Shown here piece by piece: positions 19,213-29,701 of a DNA stretch of 64,000 bases. A program made the position numbers and the translations under genes. Each line of letters starts with the position of its first letter. The stretch's first letter is position 1. The notes beneath the pieces were generated by a model that saw only the letters and a program-made list of their open reading frames with translations, searched no databases and was not told the DNA's origin. This DNA is from Candidatus Nomurabacteria bacterium (GTDB lineage Bacteria > Patescibacteriota > Minisyncoccia > Phycocordibacterales > SBAW01), in the NCBI GenBank assembly GCA_943356415.1, contig CALREW010000001.1, forward strand, positions 80,528 through 144,527, given 5' to 3'.

Positions 19213-20361
19213 CTATTCACACCTCACTCCTAACTTTTCCTCAAACTCTCGGCACATTGCTTCTCGTTGTTGTGGAGCGTAAAACCCTTCTAAATATTCA
19301 AGTGCTGCACTCCCCGGGCAATCATCTTGTTTAAGTACTGGCATGACTGCACGTGCTTCGGTGCAAAATTGGAGCAAGGCGACGTGCTGTCTATTCGGAA
19401 TACCTAGTTTTGCCAGACCAACGCTGTACCCTTTAATACACAATGATGCGAGGGTGCCTGGCATATCTTCGCAGGCTTGTATGTCGCTTTGGTACGGAGA
19501 CCGCTCTCCAATATGGAGGTGAGCTGTGTCATAGCCGAATGACCATACAACTGCTTCGAGAGTAGTTGTACTAATGCCTTGAGGATATATATCGCTCAGC
19601 GCTTTTTGAAGCTCTGCAAAACTTGTAATGCCAGCAAGAGGGACTACTGCCCATTTATAATTACCAATGCACCGGGTGCGAATGTCGGGTTCAAATCCGT
19701 CGCATAGCGCAAGTGGGTTTGCGGTGCCTACGGACACTGCTTCACGCCCCAGTTTATTAAAAAGTCCTGAAAGGCAGTTGTTATAGTCTGCAGGATTCGG
19801 CGAAATATTTTTACATTGTGCGATGGCGTACGTGGCCATTTTTACTGGGTCATTTTGAAAATCTTTCTTAATGAAGGGGAGTGCGCGGCCAATACCTCGA
19901 AAACATTCAGCTTCTGCGTCGGGAACGAGCTGGCCAATATTTTTCCCCGTGGCAGCACAAAATTGCACTGCCGTTTCGATACTCCCTCTATCAAGTAAAA
20001 GTGCTCTCGGATATTCTTGGTAAAACCCATAGTTACAAACGACACTCTCTGGGCCGAGTGAAAGTTTGCTCGGGTCTTTTTGTTTTGCGTACACGGCAGC
20101 CCCTACTTCGAGTGCAAACTCATAACAGTGTGGTCGGAACCAGAGATTGTTCTTATACAATTCGTCAATTTTCTTAAATCCCGTTGCTGCGTCCTCACTA
20201 ATAATAGTGGTGCTTATTTCATAAAGATTTTTGTCGTATTGAGTTTTTTGTTGCTGCTCGCTCGGCGCATGTGGGAGTCGGGATTGTAGTACAACCGTAA
20301 TGCCTACGAAGGCGGTAACTGCAAGGAAAATAAGAACACGGGCAGTTACGGCACTTTTCAT
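19213..20361 (-). CDS. Hypothetical Cys-rich exported or membrane-anchored protein (382 aa)
   Basis: N-terminal signal/TM segment with many paired cysteines; no recognisable catalytic motif. Confidence 0.45.
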   Translation of the reverse strand: MKSAVTARVLIFLAVTAFVGITVVLQSRLPHAPSEQQQKTQYDKNLYEISTTIISEDAATGFKKIDELYKNNLWFRPHCYEFALEVGAAVYAKQKDPSKLSLGPESVVCNYGFYQEYPRALLLDRGSIETAVQFCAATGKNIGQLVPDAEAECFRGIGRALPFIKKDFQNDPVKMATYAIAQCKNISPNPADYNNCLSGLFNKLGREAVSVGTANPLALCDGFEPDIRTRCIGNYKWAVVPLAGITSFAELQKALSDIYPQGISTTTLEAVVWSFGYDTAHLHIGERSPYQSDIQACEDMPGTLASLCIKGYSVGLAKLGIPNRQHVALLQFCTEARAVMPVLKQDDCPGSAALEYLEGFYAPQQREAMCREFEEKLGVRCE

Positions 20362-20374
20362 TTGGCCATTCTAA

Positions 20375-20404
20375 CGAAAAAACCAGGACGTTGCTGTCCT
20401 GGTT
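20375..20404 (-). terminator. Hairpin terminator downstream of the TctC-like gene
   Basis: AACCAGGAC-GTTGCT-GTCCTGGTT with a T-run on the minus strand. Confidence 0.5.
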
Positions 20405-20432
20405 TCTCCTCCCGCCATTGCTGGCAGAAAAT

Positions 20433-21425
20433 CTATTCCGGCCGCACCTTGAAGCCCGCCTTGACGAGGCTGTCGTGGATTCGCTTCGCGTCGCTGTTGC
20501 GGAACGCAAGCGTCTCTACCGGATTCATGAAGACGGGTTCGGCGCCCATCTGGGTGTACTTCCGCCCCACCTCGCCTTCGAGTGCTTCCTTGATGAGGGC
20601 GGAGAGCTTGTCGACGACGGCCTGAGGCAAACCACGGGGTCCGCACAGTCCGCCCCACGTGGTCATCTCGTAGCCAGGTAACAGCTCGTCGAGTGCCGGA
20701 AGTTCCGGCAGTTGTCGGTTACGCTTCCTTGATGTGACGGCCAGGCCCTTCATCGTTCCTGCGCGAATATTCGTCACGGCCGGGCCGATGTTATCGAACA
20801 TGAGATCGGCGTGGCCACCAACGATGTCGCGCACCGCTTCGCCAGTCCCACCCTTGTAACCGACCGATGTGAAGGTAATGCCAGTCATCTGCTCGAAGAG
20901 AACGAGTGAGATGTGTGGAGTGGTGGCGATGCCGCCGTGTGCTGCCGTATATGGCTTGGGGTTCACCTTCGCGAGCGCAACGAGTTCTTCTACCGATGAA
21001 ACCGGCAGGTCACGGCGGGTCAGAAGAACGTTGCTTTGCAGATACAACGTGCCAATTGCCGCGAAGTCCTTCACAGAATCATACGGCGCAGGCGCTGCAA
21101 CATCGACTCCATCAGGAATGATCATCGTCGATGATGCATGAGTGACCGCGTTGTAGAGGCCGATGGTGTACCCATCTGGTGCAGCTTTTGCGAGTGCTGC
21201 AGTACCGATGGTACCGCTTGCGCCGAGGATGTTCTTGACCAGGAAGTTCTGTCCAGTGCGCTCGCTTGCGAACGCACAGAAAATCCTGATAAAGACGTCG
21301 GTGGGGCCGCCTGCCGAAAACGGGCAGATTACCTCGACTGGCCGATTAGGCCACGCGTCTTGCGCAAACGCAGGGACGCAGATCGCCCGAGGTGCAACTG
21401 CGGCGCTAAGGCTAACCGCAAGCAT
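20433..21425 (-). CDS. TctC/'Bug'-family tripartite tricarboxylate transporter periplasmic binding protein (orphan)
   Basis: Signal peptide followed by PNRPVEVICPFSAGGPTD...ILGASGTIGTAALAKAAPDGYTIGL. High GC (~62%). The start is taken at MLAVSL (ATG at 21425). Confidence 0.7.
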   Translation of the reverse strand: MLAVSLSAAVAPRAICVPAFAQDAWPNRPVEVICPFSAGGPTDVFIRIFCAFASERTGQNFLVKNILGASGTIGTAALAKAAPDGYTIGLYNAVTHASSTMIIPDGVDVAAPAPYDSVKDFAAIGTLYLQSNVLLTRRDLPVSSVEELVALAKVNPKPYTAAHGGIATTPHISLVLFEQMTGITFTSVGYKGGTGEAVRDIVGGHADLMFDNIGPAVTNIRAGTMKGLAVTSRKRNRQLPELPALDELLPGYEMTTWGGLCGPRGLPQAVVDKLSALIKEALEGEVGRKYTQMGAEPVFMNPVETLAFRNSDAKRIHDSLVKAGFKVRPE

Positions 21426-21672
21426 ACTGCGACGGGGAAGTACGAGTTTGAACACGAATTGAGCCCTCCTTGGGCGTGTTGGTTGTGTAGGGGAAGAAGG
21501 GGCAGTAGTGCCCGAACAGAGTTCCAAAAATGAGAGTACTGCATCGGAGCACAGAGTTCCATAGAATGCGAAACTCGTCGCGTCTGTGTATCGTTAGAAA
21601 GGAAGGAGCACCTTGAGACGTGCTTTTCACCACATTCTGCAATATAGGGCGCTGCCCAGAAAGGACGACCGC

Positions 21673-23499
21673 ATGTGCGGAATCATCGGAATCATCGGCA
21701 AGGCGCCGGTCACCCCGCTTCTTGTCGATGCGCTGAAGCGCCTCGAATACCGTGGCTATGACTCAGCGGGTGTTGCGACGCTCATCAACGGCCACATCGA
21801 TCGCCGACGCGCGGAAGGCAAGCTGGCCAATCTCGAGGCGAAGCTCGCTGGGGAACCACTGGCGGGCACTATCGGCATCGGTCACACGCGCTGGGCGACG
21901 CACGGGAAGCCGAGCGAACGCAACGCTCACCCGATCGCAACGGATCGTGTGGCAGTCGTTCACAACGGCATCATCGAGAACTTCCAGGAGCTCAAGGACG
22001 AGCTCGTGGCGGAAGGTCGTCGCTTCGACAGCGACACAGACACGGAAGTCGTCGCGCAACTGCTGACCTCGTACCTCGAGCGCCAGCTGTCGCCCGAGCA
22101 GGCGATGGAAAAAGCAATGGGACGCTTCAAGGGCGCATTTGCCCTCGTCGCTCTCTTTGCTGGACGACACGATATTCTCATCGGCGCTCGTCGTGGTTCG
22201 TCACTCGCTGTCGGCTACGGCGAAGGTGCAATGTACATCGGCACCGACGCCCTTGCACTCGCGCCGTTCACCGATCGCGTCGCGTACCTGGAGGAGGGTG
22301 ATTGGGCTGTTCTGCGCGATACTGATTGCCTCTTCTATCAAGGGGTGACGCAGGTCACACGGACCGCAAAGCATACCGGCCTCAGCTCGACACTCGTCGG
22401 CAAGGGGAATCACCCGCATTTCATGCTCAAGGAGATCTGTGAGCAGCCAACGGTGTTGGGTGACACGATGCAGCAATATCTCGACCCCAGTCGACGTGTG
22501 CGCCTGCCGGCGCTTTCGATCGACTGGAAGAACGTGAGTCGCTTGACCATGACTGCGTGCGGCACGGCGAACTTTGCCTGCCAGATCGCTAAGTACTGGT
22601 TCGAGAAACTGGCTCGGCTTCCCGTCGACACAGAGATTGCCTCCGAGATGGGCAGTCGCAAGCCGCCGCTTTCGAAAGGAAGCGTCTGCGTAGCCGTGTC
22701 GCAGTCTGGCGAGACCGCAGACACGATTCGCGCGATCAAGTACGCCAAGCAGGAAGGCTTGAAGGTCGTCTCCGTCGTGAACGTGCCGGAGAGTCAGATT
22801 GCCCGCCTGAGTGATGTGGTACTGCTGACGGTCGCTGGCCCTGAAATCGCGGTGGCGTCTACCAAGGCGTTCACCACGCAGTTGCTGGTATTACTGTCTG
22901 CAGCGATCGATGCAGGCCGCGCGCGAGGCACGCTGTCGGAGGAAGATGAGCGCGCGCTCACGCTTGCGCTTATCGAGCTGCCGAGGAAGGTGAGCGAGGT
23001 CATCGATGCACAGGAGCAGTTCAAGGCGCTCGGTGCACTCGAACTTCTCGCGAAGGCGAAGTGCGCGCTCTACCTGGGACGCGACTATCAGTATCTGATC
23101 GCCATGGAAGGGGCGCTCAAGCTGAAGGAGTTGACCTATATTTCGGCCGAAGGGTACGCCGGCGGCGAAATGAAGCATGGGCCTATTGCCCTGGTCGACT
23201 CGGACCTCCCGGTCTTCGTGCTGGCTCCTTCGGGCCCGTCGTTTGACGAGATGGTGTCGAACTTCGAGCAGGTGAAAGCGCGCGGTGGTCAGGTCATCCT
23301 CCTTACCGACGCGCGTGGTGCGAGCCGTCTCGCCAACGAAAGCACGGCGTGCTGCATCACTCTGCCCGACGTTCATCCGGACGTCGCGCCCATCCTCTAC
23401 GCCGTCGCAGTGCAGTTGATCGCGTATCATACGGCACTGTCGATGGGCAGAGATATCGATCAGCCTCGCAATCTGGCAAAGTCGGTGAGCGTCGCGTGA
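21673..23499 (+). CDS. glmS: Glutamine--fructose-6-phosphate aminotransferase
   Basis: N-terminal MCGIIGIIG (Cys2 nucleophile), two SIS domains and a C-terminal ...AKSVSVA. High GC. Confidence 0.9.
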   Translation: MCGIIGIIGKAPVTPLLVDALKRLEYRGYDSAGVATLINGHIDRRRAEGKLANLEAKLAGEPLAGTIGIGHTRWATHGKPSERNAHPIATDRVAVVHNGIIENFQELKDELVAEGRRFDSDTDTEVVAQLLTSYLERQLSPEQAMEKAMGRFKGAFALVALFAGRHDILIGARRGSSLAVGYGEGAMYIGTDALALAPFTDRVAYLEEGDWAVLRDTDCLFYQGVTQVTRTAKHTGLSSTLVGKGNHPHFMLKEICEQPTVLGDTMQQYLDPSRRVRLPALSIDWKNVSRLTMTACGTANFACQIAKYWFEKLARLPVDTEIASEMGSRKPPLSKGSVCVAVSQSGETADTIRAIKYAKQEGLKVVSVVNVPESQIARLSDVVLLTVAGPEIAVASTKAFTTQLLVLLSAAIDAGRARGTLSEEDERALTLALIELPRKVSEVIDAQEQFKALGALELLAKAKCALYLGRDYQYLIAMEGALKLKELTYISAEGYAGGEMKHGPIALVDSDLPVFVLAPSGPSFDEMVSNFEQVKARGGQVILLTDARGASRLANESTACCITLPDVHPDVAPILYAVAVQLIAYHTALSMGRDIDQPRNLAKSVSVA

Positions 23500-23558
23500 C
23501 GCTCATACGAGAAAATTTCTACCACCGCCCGCGCTTCGGCCCGGGCGGTGTACTGCGT

Positions 23559-26500
23559 CTAATGGGTAACTGGAGGTGCACTCATACGCTCGGCAAACAT
23601 TTTTTCCAGTCCTTTACCTGGTTTGCGGTGAAGCATGACGGGAATAAATACGAGCGTGAGAACCGTGCCGAAAATGAGACCGAACATAATCGTAAAGGCG
23701 AGTGGGGCCCACAACGCTGAAGCAAAGGAGAGCGGTATCATACCGACTGCCGTTGTTACCGTTGTAAGGAAGATAGGGCGCAAACGAGAAGAAGCGGCGC
23801 GCACGATAAAGTCATCGAGGCTTCGCGGGCCAGTACCGTCATCGGTGGAGCGTAGTGGCGAGATAAAGGAGTCGATAAGAATGATGGCGTGGTTGATAAT
23901 GACTCCGCCGAGTGCGATAAGACCAAGAAGCGAAGGGAAGGACAGTGGTTTGAAGGTAATAAGAAGTCCCAGCAACACTCCGGTTATAGAAAGTGGAACA
24001 ATCATTAAGGTATAACCTGCCAGACGGAATGAGTTGAACTCAAGCACAACCACTGCATACATGATCACGATACCTGCAATAAAGGCAAAAAACATTTCCA
24101 TAAACGACTGGTTTGTTTCTTCGTTCTCGCCCCCGGTAGACATGACAACTCCGTCAGGGAGCGCAAGGTCAGTCTTCGATTTCTCCATAAAGGCAGCAAG
24201 AGTGTCACGTGCATTTTCACCGCTTTTAAGCGTGGCAGAGACCGTCATGATGCGTTTGCGCCCTTCGTGGGCGATAGCAGATTGACCCTTAGCAAGTGTT
24301 GGATTCACGAGCGAGCCGAGCAGTACTTGGCCGTCTGCGGTTGCGATAGGTATTTGTTTGATTGCGTCAAACGTTGCTCGTGATGCGTCTTCTGCGCCAT
24401 ACGCGGTCGGATTGAGGTTGGCGCGCACCGTAACCGAAATGTCGTCACCAAAGGTGCGTATTTTGGTTGCTTCAACGCCGTAGATAGCGCTGCGCAGCGT
24501 TTGAGCAATGGCAACGGGTGTAAGTCCCAAGGAAGCCAACTTCGCGCGATCTGCAGTTAGCACGAACTCAGTGCCACCGGCGTCGCCAGAAGAGCGCACA
24601 TCAGCAACGCCTTCCATACTTCCTAGAATGTTTGCAGTTTTCTCTGACGCTTGGGCGAGGGCACCCAAATCATCACCGGTGAATTTAATAAGAATGGGAG
24701 CGCCCGTTGGCGGTCCACCGGCAGGTTCTCCGACGCGGATGGTTCCAATAGTCATGTCAGCCATTTGTGCACGCAAACGGTTTACAACATCGGTGCTGCG
24801 CTTCGTGTCTTTGTCGGAGAGAAGTATCAATGCGTTTGCAAATCTCGAACCAGAACTTGCCGCCCCACTAAACTGGTTGGTTGTACCAACCGTCGTAATG
24901 ATGGACTCAAATTCCTTGTGTTCATAGAGACGTTCTTCGACGGCACGCATCGCAAGGTCAGTTTGTGCGAGCGGGGTTCCTTCGGGCATTTCAAGGTCGA
25001 GATACACAAATTCAGCGCCACCTCCAGGGAAGAATTCAACTTTCACGAGACCAAATATTGGGAGTGCCAAGCTTGCGAGAAAGGCGAGCGCAATACCCCA
25101 AAGGAAGTACTTTTGGAGACGTGGTTGGGCAAACATATGGCGCAAAAAGCTTTCATATTTGCTGCGCGCAAGATTTGCGTAGCGATCTTGGAGTTCGCCG
25201 AGACGGCCTGCATGAGTTTCTTTAACGAATAGTGTTGCAAGAAGAGGCAAGATGCCGAGGGCAACAAACGTTGAGGCGATAAGCACCGCGATAATGGTGA
25301 ACGGAATCGACTTTATGAACTCTCCGGTAATCCCTGAGATAAAGAAGAGAGGAACGAATACGCCAACGGTGGTGGCGGTGCCTGCGATAAGCGGCCATGA
25401 AAACTCTCGAACGGTTTCGCGTGCTGCACGTAGCGGGTCGTGGTGGCGCGCCAAGCGGACGCTCATACCTTCAACAATCACAATGCCGGCGTCGACCAAA
25501 ATACCAATGGCAAGAATGAGAGAAAATAGCGATACGAAATTGATGGTGTTGCCTGAGTAATAGAGACCAACGAACGAGATAAGGAAGGAGAGGGGAACTG
25601 ATATGCCCGCGACGAGCGACTCACGCCAGCCGATGGTAATAAAGAGACACAATGCAACAAGAAGGACAGTCTCAATACCGACACGAACAAGTTCTCCAAG
25701 ATCTTTGTTTACTTGCTCACCGGCATCAAAAGAGACAACGACTGAACTTCCTGCAAGTACAGGCTTGCTCTGAAGTTCAGTGAGTTTTGTGCGCACTCCG
25801 TCTGCAACTTTGGTTACATCAGCACCAGCGCCTTTGAATATGTTTAAGGTGAGGGCTTGTTCTGACGGTGCGCCTGCTTTGGAGAGTCGAGTGAGGGTGG
25901 TTGCGGATTCTACACCGTCCGCAATAGTCGCAATGTCGCGAACGTAAATGATCGCGCCGGTGCGCGTCGGAATGCCGATGAGCCCAACATCTTTTGGATC
26001 AGTGAGATCGCCGGCAAAGCGAACGCTGTACTCAACATCATCGACGGTTATTTTGCCGGCAGGAAGTGCTGCATTTGCAGCACGAATAGCGTTACTGACA
26101 TCGCCAAGACTCAAGCCGTATCGAGCGAGGTCTTCCTTGCGGACAATAACCTGCGTCTCGCGCGGTCGAGCACCTTGTACTTCCACTCGGGAAACGCCAG
26201 GTATTGCCTGGAGTTCATCCTTGAGCGTATCGCCAAGAGCTGCAAACTGACCAAACGGTAAGTCGGCAGAGACTGAGACAATGAGGACTGGCTGGTCAGA
26301 AAAATTTACGTTGCTGACTGAAGGGTCCTTCGCTTCCTCAGGGAGTTCGGGTTTAACCTTATCAACTTCATCCTTTAGTTTGCGTATCGACGAGTCAATA
26401 TCTGCAGATGCAACGTACTGGACGGTTACTACCGATATGCCATCACCTGATGAGGATGTGATTTTGTCGACATCGGAAAGCGATGAGAGTTGCTTCTCTA

Positions 26501-26702
26501 TCTTGTTGGTCACCAACGATTCAACTTCGGTAGACGATGCCCCAGGAAGTGCCGTTACGACAATACCGATAGGGACTTCGACTTCAGGTGAAGACTCCTT
26601 ACGAATAACAATCGCTGAAGCGACGCCAGCGAGAACCAACCCTGCGATAAGCAGATAGGTAAATTGTCGACGTGAAAGGAAAAAATTCCAGAGAGGAAAC
26701 AT
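23559..26702 (-). CDS. RND-superfamily efflux permease (AcrB/HAE-like, 1047 aa)
   Basis: 12-TM architecture with two large periplasmic loops, and AcrB-like N- and C-terminal segments. Confidence 0.85.
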   Translation of the reverse strand: MFPLWNFFLSRRQFTYLLIAGLVLAGVASAIVIRKESSPEVEVPIGIVVTALPGASSTEVESLVTNKIEKQLSSLSDVDKITSSSGDGISVVTVQYVASADIDSSIRKLKDEVDKVKPELPEEAKDPSVSNVNFSDQPVLIVSVSADLPFGQFAALGDTLKDELQAIPGVSRVEVQGARPRETQVIVRKEDLARYGLSLGDVSNAIRAANAALPAGKITVDDVEYSVRFAGDLTDPKDVGLIGIPTRTGAIIYVRDIATIADGVESATTLTRLSKAGAPSEQALTLNIFKGAGADVTKVADGVRTKLTELQSKPVLAGSSVVVSFDAGEQVNKDLGELVRVGIETVLLVALCLFITIGWRESLVAGISVPLSFLISFVGLYYSGNTINFVSLFSLILAIGILVDAGIVIVEGMSVRLARHHDPLRAARETVREFSWPLIAGTATTVGVFVPLFFISGITGEFIKSIPFTIIAVLIASTFVALGILPLLATLFVKETHAGRLGELQDRYANLARSKYESFLRHMFAQPRLQKYFLWGIALAFLASLALPIFGLVKVEFFPGGGAEFVYLDLEMPEGTPLAQTDLAMRAVEERLYEHKEFESIITTVGTTNQFSGAASSGSRFANALILLSDKDTKRSTDVVNRLRAQMADMTIGTIRVGEPAGGPPTGAPILIKFTGDDLGALAQASEKTANILGSMEGVADVRSSGDAGGTEFVLTADRAKLASLGLTPVAIAQTLRSAIYGVEATKIRTFGDDISVTVRANLNPTAYGAEDASRATFDAIKQIPIATADGQVLLGSLVNPTLAKGQSAIAHEGRKRIMTVSATLKSGENARDTLAAFMEKSKTDLALPDGVVMSTGGENEETNQSFMEMFFAFIAGIVIMYAVVVLEFNSFRLAGYTLMIVPLSITGVLLGLLITFKPLSFPSLLGLIALGGVIINHAIILIDSFISPLRSTDDGTGPRSLDDFIVRAASSRLRPIFLTTVTTAVGMIPLSFASALWAPLAFTIMFGLIFGTVLTLVFIPVMLHRKPGKGLEKMFAERMSAPPVTH

Positions 26703-26706
26703 GACG

Positions 26707-28377
26707 TTATTTAACGGTTACCTGCTCGCCACTCTTTAAGCCACGCGCATCGGTGACTATGTTCATGTCGGTAGAGAGTCCAGACGTAATGACAACGCGG
26801 TCTCCGAGAAGTGTGCCGAGAACGACTGGGTGTGCAAGAAGGGCACCAGTTTCTTCAACGGTAAATACGACCGTTGCGTCGGTGCCGATTTTGAGTGCGG
26901 AAAGCGGGATGGCGATGGGGCCGGACGTAGTCACTTTGCTCTCGCGTTTTAGCTCCACCGTCACCGCAGCACCGTTTATAAGCGGGGTGGTGTCAGGTAG
27001 GCCGATGCGGACTTCAAGTTTTTTGGTCGACGGGTCAATGGCTGGCGCGATACGAGTTATCACTCCTTTGTAGGTTGCGCCGTCTGGACCTTGAACGCTT
27101 GTCTCACTGCCGGCAGACAATTCCGTTGCGTCGCCCTCAGTGACGTATGCCACGACTTCGAGCGCTTTGTTGTTGGCAATGGTTGCGGCAGGAGAGAGTG
27201 CAGCGACAAAATCACCCTGCGTAAGAGGAAGCGAGTTAATGGTTCCGGAGATGGGAGCGCGAACAATGGTTTTTTCAAGATTTGCACGTGCCGCGGCAAG
27301 AGAGCCTTGTGCCTGCTTGAGTGTTGCTTGCGCAGAAGCAATATCAGATTCATCTCCAACAACGCCTTGCTCGAGACTCTTGCGAGACACTTCAACTGCT
27401 GAAGCCTTGCTTGAGAGAAGATCCCGAGCGGCTGAAATGGCCGCAAGCGCCGCATTCACGTTGGTTCGCGCTGTATTTGCGTCAGACTTATACGACGCAA
27501 TACTTGTTTCTGAAATGTTTTGGTTAGTGATAGCGCGGTTGAGTGCGAGGATAAGTCGGTCGAGGAAATTGCGCACGTCACGCAACTCCGTTTCGGTACG
27601 CGCCAACTCTGCCTCAAGATCGTTTGAAGCGGAAAGCGTGCTCGAAAGGTTTGCCTCTCGCTTAAGTGTGGCGCCAAGACTTACGCGCGCACTAGCTGCG
27701 TCGTTAGCTGCTTGTGAGTCGGTCGACTGAACGAGGAGAGACGGCGAACTGGTATCTGGGTTATTGAACATTGGGTCCGTTTTGCGACGAAGGGTTTCGT
27801 CCACAGTCGCGTATGAGGAGAGCAGCGTATTTACTGCTGCAGTACGTGCCGCCGCGAGGGATGTTTCTGCGCTCGCCACACCAGACTCAAGTATCGCTAC
27901 TTGTTCGTCGCGCGCACCGCGTGTGACTTTGTTTAGCTGTGCACGCGCGCCGTCTGCAACGCCTTCGCTTTGGAGTACTGCCGCACGCTCGCGCGCGTTA
28001 TCCATCTCAGCGATGATTTCACCTGCGCGGATCGAATCGCCAAGTTGCTTGTAGAGGCGCACTATTTCACCAGATGACTGGGTTCGTACATCTGCCTCTG
28101 ACTGCGACGTAACAATGCCAACCACTGGCAAGAGCGAAGCGACGCCTGCAAGTTCACCGACCGAGCGTACCGACACGGTACGAGGGCCTTGTTCAGTGAG
28201 AGGGGTTTCGGTGGGACCGCCGCGCACAATAAGCGTACCTAAAATGCCAATGAGGATTCCGGCGACTGCAGAAAGCTTCCACCATCCGACACGTTTGCCA
28301 AAACGCTTAAACCACGAGTACGCGTCGTGTCGGAAAAAGCGGAGCATTGAACGAAGGGTGTTGGTAAACGAAGCCAT
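26707..28377 (-). CDS. Efflux periplasmic adaptor (HlyD/membrane-fusion-protein family) with a very long coiled coil
   Basis: N-terminal TM, biotinyl/lipoyl-like half-motifs (GEIVRLYKQLGDSIRAGEIIAEMD ... IVRAPISGTI) and a ~250-aa Ala-rich helical hairpin. Confidence 0.7.
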   Translation of the reverse strand: MASFTNTLRSMLRFFRHDAYSWFKRFGKRVGWWKLSAVAGILIGILGTLIVRGGPTETPLTEQGPRTVSVRSVGELAGVASLLPVVGIVTSQSEADVRTQSSGEIVRLYKQLGDSIRAGEIIAEMDNARERAAVLQSEGVADGARAQLNKVTRGARDEQVAILESGVASAETSLAAARTAAVNTLLSSYATVDETLRRKTDPMFNNPDTSSPSLLVQSTDSQAANDAASARVSLGATLKREANLSSTLSASNDLEAELARTETELRDVRNFLDRLILALNRAITNQNISETSIASYKSDANTARTNVNAALAAISAARDLLSSKASAVEVSRKSLEQGVVGDESDIASAQATLKQAQGSLAAARANLEKTIVRAPISGTINSLPLTQGDFVAALSPAATIANNKALEVVAYVTEGDATELSAGSETSVQGPDGATYKGVITRIAPAIDPSTKKLEVRIGLPDTTPLINGAAVTVELKRESKVTTSGPIAIPLSALKIGTDATVVFTVEETGALLAHPVVLGTLLGDRVVITSGLSTDMNIVTDARGLKSGEQVTVK

Positions 28378-28394
28378 ACCTGAGTGCGTTTAGA

Positions 28395-28742
28395 TTAACG
28401 TTGAGTAGTAAGAGTGCGGTGAGGAAAAGTACCGGTACCTTTGCGCCCTTCAAGAAGGGTTTGCGCTTTCTGTATTTGCTCGGAGAGGCCGCGGAGGAAC
28501 TCCAGCATATGAGAGGTGTTTAAAATATACACAACCTCACGCCCTTGCCGCTCATCCTGCACCAGACCGTGCAGTTTTAGGATTTTAAGATGCTGCGATA
28601 CGGCCGATTGGCTGATACTTGAAGCGCGCACCAGTTCGGACACGGTTCGCGGTCCTTTAATGAGCGCCTCAACAATTTGGAAGCGGGAATGACTGCCGAT
28701 CCCTTTGCCGAATGATGCGGCCTGCTTGCAGAAAAATCGCAT
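28395..28742 (-). CDS. ArsR/SmtB-family transcriptional regulator
   Basis: RFQIVEALIKGPRTVSELVRASSISQSAVSQHLKILKLHGLV is the wHTH of the ArsR family. It is positioned upstream of the MFP-RND pair. Confidence 0.75.
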   Translation of the reverse strand: MRFFCKQAASFGKGIGSHSRFQIVEALIKGPRTVSELVRASSISQSAVSQHLKILKLHGLVQDERQGREVVYILNTSHMLEFLRGLSEQIQKAQTLLEGRKGTGTFPHRTLTTQR

Positions 28743-28799
28743 CTCGGGATATTAGCGTATGCTTATGTGTTGCGCAAGCGGGCGTGATAGAATGGAGCC

Positions 28800-29024
28800 A
28801 TGATAAAGCAATTTCTGCTCAAACAATTAGTGAAGCGCAAGATGGGCGCACTCCCTCCTCATATGCAAGAGAAGTTTGCGCGCGCCATTGAAGAGGATCC
28901 AGAATTTTTCACAATGCTATCAAAAGAGATTGATGCAGAAATGAAGCGCGGTAAACCGCAGATGGCGGCGTCGATTGCGGTTATGAAGAAACATCAAAAG
29001 AGACTGCAGGAATTGCTTAGTTGA
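28800..29024 (+). CDS. Hypothetical small protein (74 aa)
   Basis: ORF only. Confidence 0.3.
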   Translation: MIKQFLLKQLVKRKMGALPPHMQEKFARAIEEDPEFFTMLSKEIDAEMKRGKPQMAASIAVMKKHQKRLQELLS

Positions 29025-29095
29025 GTTTCGTTATCGTACGTAGTCCCCAAGCACGTACTATCAACTATCGACTACAAACTATAAACTAGAGGGTA

Positions 29096-29701
29096 ATGGA
29101 TTCCCTGGCGCTCTTTTTCTTTTTTCTACAACAGCTTGGCATATGCCTCGGCGTCGGTTCGTCTACCTTTGCGGTGATGTTTTACATCATCGGGAGTGCC
29201 GATGGGACCATTGACCAATCAGAGCGGGCATTTATGCACGCGGTGTATACCACACTTCGCATCGGCCTTTTTCTTATCATTGCAAGCGGTGCGGCGATAA
29301 CCGGCGCGCACCTCGCAGCAGGCGACATGTCGCTTGTCGAAAGTCCAGTGTTTCTTTTCAAATGGCTCCTCCTCGGCGTCCTTGTAATAAACGGCATGCT
29401 GATGAAATACCGCATTATGAATCATTCTATTGGCGGGCCGATTGCCGGGGGCTCTTGGTACGCGCTTTTTTTCGTCCATACGCTTGCCATTAACCTCAAC
29501 TGGGAAATGCTTTTCACACTCTATGCGCTTTGGCTCATCCTTTTCGCGCTGGCCTTTAAAGGACTCACCCGCTTTGCTATTGATAGGCATCAGGCGCACA
29601 TGCAGGCCGCAGCCCCAACGGTGCCGGTACCGACTGGACCACGCATCGAATTTACACTTGGCCAGACAGACTCAACCCCTCATGAAACTCCTCGGGCATG
29701 A
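29096..29701 (+). CDS. Hypothetical integral membrane protein (201 aa)
   Basis: Five predicted TM segments. It overlaps the next gene by 4 nt. Confidence 0.45.
   Translation: MDSLALFFFFLQQLGICLGVGSSTFAVMFYIIGSADGTIDQSERAFMHAVYTTLRIGLFLIIASGAAITGAHLAAGDMSLVESPVFLFKWLLLGVLVINGMLMKYRIMNHSIGGPIAGGSWYALFFVHTLAINLNWEMLFTLYALWLILFALAFKGLTRFAIDRHQAHMQAAAPTVPVPTGPRIEFTLGQTDSTPHETPRA

Noticed and set aside
21426-21672. glmS ribozyme in the 5' leader of glmS
   Set aside because: I could not recognise the conserved glmS-ribozyme core by eye. glmS here is in a high-GC proteobacterial-like context, where the ribozyme is not expected.
23524-23548. Hairpin CCGCCCG...CGGGCGG between convergent glmS and the RND gene, as a terminator
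   Set aside because: There is no adjoining T-run on either strand. I left it as a compositional boundary marker only.
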